Shown: one piece after another, positions 25,625-32,655 of the stretch | Layout: each line of letters starts with the position of its first letter | How positions within the stretch are numbered: the first letter of the stretch is position 1 | Assembly (NCBI GenBank): GCA_000934665.2 | Contig: KZ539136.1 | Coordinates: forward strand, 1 to 32,655 | DNA from: Catajapyx aquilonaris | Lineage: Eukaryota | Direction of reading: 5' to 3' | DNA length: 32,655 nt | Notes under the pieces: generated by a model | Seen by the model: the letters and a program-made list of their open reading frames with translations, nothing else | What the model was told of the DNA's origin: nothing | Database searches by the model: none | Program-made: the position numbers and the translations under genes

Positions 25625-25991
25625 TTTCAATCACATCGAGTATGCAACCCGCCCAATGGGCCACTTACGTCCCCCCTTCACCTCTAATGCATTTTACAAC
25701 CTTTCCCCTCACCCAACACTATGTAACACCAAATTCTTTTTTATCCTCCCCCAGTTTCTATCCCCTGGCATCCCACTCTCGAGTTGAGAAACAAGCGGAC
25801 AAAAAGGTCCGAGCGGCTGAGGCGTCAATTAATAATGGCGATGCTGCAATTTTTATACGGGCTTGAAAGGACTACTTTCCCCAGAGCCCGCTTGTAAGTC
25901 CCTCGGAAAAGACCCCGGTGGAATTGCGATGCAGGCCACGGTGCCACTGAATTCGCAACACTCCTCTTTATCTTCCCGCATTTCCGGGAGA

Positions 25992-25997
<6 letters not shown>

Positions 25998-26062
<65 letters not shown>
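25998..26062. repeat. (GA)n microsatellite
   Basis: About 32 uninterrupted GA units. It produces the RE and LS repeat ORFs in the track. Confidence 0.98.
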
Positions 26063-26066
<4 letters not shown>

Positions 26067-27407
26067 TGAAGCGCGAAGTGGCGGTTCGGGTCACCACTTT
26101 GGATTGTTTTGGCCGATGCACTAAAAAAATTACAAACTATCATGATGGCCGAGAATTTCACAGCTCCACATGTGTTATGGATTAACTGCGGGGCCTTGCA
26201 AGTTGCGCCGTATCGTAGCTTATTTTCTTGCGGAAGTGACCAGCTTTGGCGGCTTTGGAATCCTCTTAGTGCCAAAGTCTGCTGGTGCAAAACGTCTGGG
26301 TCAGCACAGGGCGTGATTGTTGCTAGGTTTGTACAAACTTTAGCTTGACACAAATCTGGCCCAGGCTTACTTGATCCGAAGCAAAAAGAAAGAAAAGAAG
26401 ATGAAACGAGCCAGAAAAAAAAAAAAACTCTATGGAGGATATTACAGGAGGGCACACCGACGTCAGGGACGTGCCAAGATGAAAGCCGATATAGTCCAAC
26501 CTCGTCTGTTATCTCTCTCCCATTTTTCCCCCTTTTCCAGAGAAAGGAAGAATGAATTTGGATTGTTGAGAGGGAGGGGTGGGGTTCGTGCTTGGATGAA
26601 CTCCTTTCCACCGGATGCAGGGTTTTACAGGGATGAGGAAGAGCTATGATTCGGAAATTGGATATTGGAGCAAGCCTAGCTGGGAGGGGTCGGCCACAAC
26701 CTTTTGTTTGCAAGGAACACCGGTTTCCTGCGGAGGGAGCAGGGAAGAGGAGGGGTGGCAGGGAGGAAGGGTTCAAATACTACGTACCTGAGGGATTCCC
26801 TCCCGAGTTTGATCTACGGTGGACACTGGCGAACCTACTGTCCTAATCAAGTCACTGCTGCAGTCCCAATTCAATAGGGCGGGTATCGAACCAACCGCGG
26901 ATGGCCCCAGTCGCGAAAGGACCCAAGTCAAATGGACCGCGGTCAGGAGCACTATTTTTCATTGTCAGTGTGCCACGACAACCGCTGCTGCTTCAAATAA
27001 AAATATATGCCAAAACAGGTTTAATCAAACCAGGCAACAAATGAAATAAAATCGAGATAAAAATATCGGTACTTATTATAGGCTACAAACCCCATATTAT
27101 ACTAGATGCATCATTCTGCTCTAGTTAATTCAGGAAACTTGCTGGACCAACAAAACGTATCCTCTGCTACTTGATTATTCTGATCAATGGTAACCTCGTG
27201 TTAGGAGCAGGAAAAAAATCTTGCCCGTTTTTTCTCCATTGTCCTCTTTTTACGACAGGAAAATTTCCAGCCAAGTTTAAAATAATGAATGAAAAATTCA
27301 GGGTCATCGAAAAAGAATGCTCATCAGATTTTAAAACCATATATAAGTTAACTCGAAAACTTGTCGACATATCTGAAGATTTAAGTTTTGGAATGCTAAA
27401 AAAGGTA

Positions 27408-27969
27408 TACAGATTTGCTCTCATATTAGTTTGTTTCGATATGAGATTCATTTGTCGCTCGGCAGCGCTCGGCAGTTTAAAAAGGGGGTAATCGGTGTCG
27501 TTCCAAACGCGCTCAATGATATCTGGAGTTATACCATTGAAATCCTATCCCATAGGTGCTGGATATGACTGGTCTTTACACCATACCCATTGTTCTTGAT
27601 GATTCAAATAAAATATCAGCCTCATCCATGAAACAAACCTGCAGTAGGAAAGTTTCATTTGTTCAGCCTCCCAGTGTGCGAAGTCTAGAGTCTAGAATGA
27701 GATGTTTCCCCGGGCCTAGCCCCCCCCCCNNNNNNNNNNNNGCCCCCCCCCCCCCCCAGAAGCCTGATGAACTTTTTTGTGGAGATATATGTATGGTGAA
27801 ATGATCCAGCATCCCCAGAACCGACGGGATAGTCTCACAATGGTGACTTCAGACATGTCTAACTGGGTTTGGCACGACACCGATTACCCCATTTACATTT
27901 TCCTAGCGATAAATGGAGCTCATATCGATACAAAGACCAAAACTTTAAGCACTTCTTAGCATCACCCTG
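27408..27969. mobile_element. Degenerate mariner-like foldback MITE containing a poly-C run and assembly gap
   Basis: 24-bp inverted repeat with one mismatch (GGGGTAATCGGTGTCGTTCCAAAC, 27485-27508 vs 27867-27890). A second inverted pair lies at 27430-27459 vs 27905-27934. The right terminus is CACCCTG|TATA; the left terminus retains only TATA|CAG. N gap at 27730-27741. Confidence 0.7.
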
Positions 27970-28320
27970 TATAATCATTTCAAACTATGTCATATGCCTA
28001 CTAGTTAGTTCCCCTTGATCAGAAAGGAATATGCAACCCAATATACTCCTCCAATTTAGGTCACGTTTTACATAGCAAGGTCGGGACACAGACCTTAAAT
28101 CCACAAACAACTGTAAATGCCTGACTTAAAGAAGCCCTGGCTCCCAAGTTAACAAGTGAACATGCAGATCTGTCACCATTCTCTCAACTATGATGTAAGT
28201 CAGCCTTGCAATAATATTATTGTCAGATGTTTTGTAGAAAGCAATGACATGCTTACATTTTGCCACACTTTTATTAACAGGTATGATACAATGCTGTATT
28301 TTTCAAACATGCTCCGCACA

Positions 28321-30330
28321 TTACACATATTTCTTCCAGTTACACAAAATATCATTTTTATACTTGTCATTTTTCCTGTCCCACAGGCAACTTTCTAGGG
28401 TCATCATGAATTCACCCACTTCCACTTCCTCCATTACTTCTGATGTCTAAGGTGCATGTACAGTACCATTAAGCAATACTGAGCCACTCAGTGTTTTCAT
28501 TGCATGACAAATCAGAGTCCTAATATTGTTAACAATGTCACAAAAGATGCAGTTACACTTGAGGACCACATGTGCTCAAGATGCAGTCATAATGATATAG
28601 ACAGTATTCTAATTGGCTCTCCATTACTGTAGCCAAGTTGAGCTGATATATCACCATGACCGCACCTTGAGAGCCTCTGACTGGGTGTAAATGCACCACT
28701 TCAGTGAAATGAACCAGTTTCTCTCACCCTGACCAAACTGCTGTGTTCCCTTCATAATATGAAGGTCAACTTCTAAATATTCAAGCAGCAGCATCCCTTT
28801 AGGTATATGTGAAGGGGCCTCCCAAGATGTGCTGCCACACTTATTGGTAATCATGAGAACAATGAACAAAGAGCTATTTGAAAAAACTCTATAGCAATTA
28901 ATTCTGTTACTCGTCTATACACAACAATGCTGTTTCCATAATTACAGAAGTTATCAGTCATATTTAAATTAATAGTCCCATTGTAAGTGCCTCTCTCTGT
29001 ATGAATGCTACCAGGGTGATAGAATGTGTGCCTATACAGGTTCAGTCAATTTTTCATTCCCATAATGCTACAGTTCTAGCACCTTGCTAAATTTTGCCAC
29101 TCAAAAACACAATATATGAATCTCAAAACACCTATATGTGTACTGCATTCAAGCTTAAAAGTCAGCATTATACCACTTATCTGTCTTAATCCTACTCCAT
29201 ACCCTTACCTAAGCACAATATCTCAGGTCAGTAAGGGGCTCACAGAGAGTGGAGTTGTCATATCATGCACATAATAATTTCAGAGAAACTTTACGTCAAA
29301 TAACAACTCTGTTCTCTTGTGCAGACCTCATCACACACGATGTTATTGCCTTTGGGTAGAGTAGTGGACACTTGCATTAGATTAGGCAGAAGGTCAGCAC
29401 TACCTTTTAACCTTGAATGCAGTATCACTTATAGTATATTGACATTATAAGGTATATTTGTATTGCCAGCTATTGTCATATGTACAGGCTTACCCCGAAT
29501 CTAGCTGTCTACATTACAAGTGAATATATCAAATTCATGTACCTTGTAACATAATATAAGTCCTGAGCACACTTTAGGTGTATGTTGCCTCATTGCCATT
29601 TTCCTGTGACTCAAAACATGTATCAAAAAATTCTGACACATAAAATACCCTTACTGTAGCCAGGTCTGGGTCTATTCAAAACACATTGAGACTGGCAACT
29701 CAGTCACCAGGTCACCTGCACCACTTATTCTTTTGAAGGGCTATGTCAATTGGTAACATTACAGCAGAGTACCTTCTACACTCCTCTGCATTTTGTCCTG
29801 CCTCTACTGTGCCACCTACAGTGATGCTGTTACATCAATCAGCTTCAGTATCTTGTTTTGCCGGAGCATCTCACAACAGATGCTGAGGTGCAGATCATCT
29901 GATCAGCCACTCCCTTCATGAAGTTCAGGTAATCAGAAAATAATCCGGTCCTTGCAGTTACCCATGACAAACACATGGAGCACGTACAACTTGATGATAT
30001 TGCAGAACTTGTGCTTCTCAAACAGGCTGAAGGGATAGTTAAGTGGGACAAACACAAGGACAAGCATAACTCACCCATGTGGGCCAAAACTGAGAAGTTC
30101 TTATATCAGCCAGTGGTCCGCAGTCGTTTATCAGGCTCTTGCAGAAATCTCCATACTCCTCTTGGATGATGCCACCTGGTCACTTGTCTTTCTTGTCTTC
30201 AGATACTGTCTTGTCTTCATGATCTTCATTTTCTCCGTCATTATCAACATTTATTCTGGCTCCTTTCCCCTTCCTCTTCTTGCCTCCCCGCTCCTCACTG
30301 CCACCACCTCACCTTCCAATATTCATGGAG
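28321..30330 (-). pseudogene. Decayed, CpG-depleted coding-like sequence of unknown family (possibly a transposon gene)
   Basis: One frame runs from 28869 to 28321 through a few stops (FIVLMITNKCG...EVMEEVEVGEFMMTLESCLWDRKNDKYKNDILCNWKKYV). A basic/acidic stretch (GGKKRKGKG...DNDGENEDHEDK) lies at ~30190-30310. A 48-nt GTGAGT...CTTAAC...TTCAG intron at 30027-30074 is followed by LFEKHKFCNIIKLYVLHVF. No family recognised. Confidence 0.4.
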
Positions 30331-30504
30331 TAGGTGTCCGTTGTGAGAGATACCGTACCTATGTTTTGTATTTGCAGGTGTCTGAGAACTTATTATATGA
30401 CCCAAAGCCTACATAACTAATAGCCTGAACTCTCCCTATGCCACCAATTGTTTCCTGCTCTGCTCGCGCCGCTCGCGCCCCTGGCGACCGGTCTACAAAA
30501 CAAT

Positions 30505-30565
30505 CCGATTCGATACTGCTTCTGATGCGATACTTTACACGATACGATACTGACACGATACGATA
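30505..30565. repeat. Degenerate (CGATA)n cluster in a CpG-rich patch
   Basis: CGATT/CGATAC/CGATAT recur about seven times, adjacent to a GCTCGCGCC duplication at 30462-30479. Confidence 0.7.
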
Positions 30566-31761
30566 TTGCCACTATCAATAAGCAATACTACCCACCCCAA
30601 CCTACATAATTATTCTTATTCTTGATGCTGCGTCTGATGAATGGTACCTGTGTTAACTGTTGGTGAACAGGCTACTGGGGGGAGAAGACAGGAGTACCCG
30701 TTACATTGAAATAATTAACTGCAAATTTATATGAGCATAGCTGGTTTACTGATCTTGTCATTTTTACACAGCTGTCTGTTCTTGTACAATAAAATATATG
30801 ATACCCTCACCTTCACAAAGTATACCACCATAGTTTCTTCAGGATAATTGGGGCTTTTGAATTTGTTCAACAAAATTCTATGAATCCTGTTCAATTCTGT
30901 TCAAGTACTTGCGGCTGTACCATCATTCGAATTCGAACGTCTGGGAGAGGGAACGGCAGCTACGCCATCTCAGTGACGTCACCGGAAGTCCCTTTCATTT
31001 ACTCGCAAATCCTAATAATAACAATAATAATAATGTTCTTTAATAATTCTTTTTATCACTATATTGTAATATTATTATGTAGGCTTTGATTATTATCTTG
31101 TTTTATTGTGTAGGCAATTGGCAGAACATCCGCTGCGCCATGGCGCCATCTCAGGGATGCGGCCGGTGTGCAAAGTAAAAGTAGGCAATAGAATGACGTG
31201 GATAGTTCAGGCTATTTATTATGTAGGCTTTGATATGCTTTGATATGACCCCAATTGATTTTTGCAATATTATCGCTATCACACGTTAAACGCCGGAAAA
31301 CAGAATCGATTTTTATCGATTCTGTGAATGAGACATATCCAACCAGCATGCAGGTAATTAGCATAGTAACCAATAGAATGCGCCGTTTCAGGTTCGTTTA
31401 TACGTGCAAGTTAACTATGTCAAAACTCTCTCTCTACACTTTTTCAGTATTACAGAAGCTCCTAATTTTTAATTATATAATAACAAAAGTCAAAATATAC
31501 CACAAAAGTCTAAAAAATGTAACTTAGTATCCGCCTATTTTCTTCGTATTTTGTTTGTGGCAAAATGCTTTCACATGTAAACGCCATGACGAACCAATCG
31601 GATGAGCCCTTCCAAATTCCGTTGCCTGGTATTCGAACAGGGGTCAAATCAGGGTAAAATAGTAATTTGAAGGTGGTCTAGCGCTCTAGCCTTGCCCTTA
31701 GCAGCTCAAAACCGACCCTGCCACAGTCAGAAAGAGGTGAGTTGGAAAATTCTGTATCCCT

Positions 31762-31902
31762 AATGGTAAATTTGGGGTCAAGGCAGTGTTCGAATGGGAC
31801 ATTTGGGGTCAAAGCAAGTCAGAATGTAAATTAGGGGTCAAAGCAGTGTTCGAATGGTAAATTAGGTGGTCAAAGCAATGTTCGAATGGTAAATTTGGGG
31901 TC
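31762..31902. repeat. 30-32-bp minisatellite, ~4.6 copies
   Basis: Consensus AATGGTAAATTTGGGGTCAAAGCAGTGTTCG, with units starting at 31762, 31793, 31823, 31853 and 31885. Confidence 0.92.
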
Positions 31903-32655
31903 TAGACAGGACCAATCTGGGTTCGAAGAGAGGTTGGAAGAGGTGACATGTATCTGGGGGCCAAGGAAAGCTAACTTCTGACCTCTGAATGATCCCTTTG
32001 AAAATATTCACATGGTGTCTGCACACATACAGGTAAAATTTAGCTTGATGTATACATTTCCTGTTCTGCTGTATGAGCCTGATAATAAATCATATCATAT
32101 TACCCCTCACCTAAAGCGGCATGCTGGTGTAGTCCAGGTCGACCAGTATTAAGAAATGCATGATCCGTTTGCTATACTGGCATGCTGATCAAAGGGAGGT
32201 ATGCAGATATGAGGCGAGGTTTTCACTTACATTATCTTTCAGAACTTGATATTTGCCTGAAATCGAAATCCATGAAAAATGCTAACTGAAAGGGTAGAAT
32301 ATTTCATTATAGGATCGTACATTTGGTGGTTGGTAAATTAACTTGAACTTAAATGGCAGCAGGTCAGACAAACTTTTGCCACTCAACTGTTGGGAAAAGT
32401 GCATGTATATACTTGCCCTGATCTGAAAATATTGGGACACCCCCAAAAAATGGAGTGGTGGGGTTATACACAGGATGTGATAAAAAGTTTCCATTAAGAT
32501 TATCTGGACTTTAGAATAGATAATTATGAATAGTAACAATTGAGCTAGGAGGATACCCAATTTGAAGTTCATTTGACAGTTAACAACTGAAATAAATACG
32601 ATTATACCTTGGACAGTGAATTTCTGTGGGGTCTGGTAAAAATTGCTGCCACTCT

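Larger units (their letters stand above)
60..27100 (-). pseudogene. Giant decayed tandem C2-domain (Nedd4-like C2) array, roughly 50 repeats by eye; probably continues past the window start
   Basis: Minus-strand translation across stops and frameshifts repeatedly gives C2 motifs in the expected order. Strand 1: YLLIHEGLNLIKPAM*FGKAS ~24764-24826; VLLRCDVLEV in ORF 21227..21472; HLHAVVIPARAI in ORF 24295..24549. DPY-like: MGVCDPMY/KVTL ~10876-10915; KRPYIV in ORF 4526..4738. KT strand: FGNLKFRTS ~21197-21223; NFRTTVI ~18664-18684. NPxW/F: INPIF in ORF 12455..12661; VPTWDA ~20777-20794. FEVxD..LG: RTIFFQVPDATALSEMMGVLE ~16616-16678; QHYLF/FDDN ~8506-8543; ILGTVPLPF ~21880-21906; GENRVTLTPIP ~23403-23435; PLANLP ~22319-22336. 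Last strand: TLKGHVR ~18364-18384; KTRGFLQL ~13478-13501; FFKGILDL in ORF 13574..13882. Compared with the human NEDD4 C2 sequence as recalled from memory, not by database search. Both ends are approximate. Confidence 0.7.

Noticed and set aside
25853..26776. Longest ORF in the track (307 aa) as an intact gene
   Set aside because: It runs through the (GA)n repeat and low-complexity tracts. Only CTNLATITPCADPDV looks meaningful, as a C2 remnant.
29845..29900. TSASVVRCSG as a hAT dimerisation motif (SAxxERxFS)
   Set aside because: The key E and FS residues are missing, there are no other hAT motifs, and a different frame looks more coding-like.

Overview
Eukaryotic, probably invertebrate-animal, genomic DNA with two small assembly gaps. 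I found no intact protein-coding gene, rRNA gene or CRISPR array. The main signal is hidden on the minus strand. From about 27,100 down to the window start, hand translation across stops and frameshifts gives a head-to-tail series of degenerate C2 domains that resemble the Nedd4-family C2. My by-eye estimate is roughly 50 repeats at about 350-450 bp of coding DNA each. The array appears to be one giant, intron-containing, long-dead multi-C2 gene. It is interrupted by a tRNA-derived SINE with a 13-bp target-site duplication, several TA-flanked foldback MITEs, a non-autonomous Helitron and microsatellites. Beyond about 27,970 lies a sharply CpG-depleted block with decayed reading frames I cannot identify, then a CpG-rich patch, an inverted repeat and a 31-bp minisatellite. 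The C2 call rests on manual motif recognition and needs a frameshift-aware profile search to confirm.
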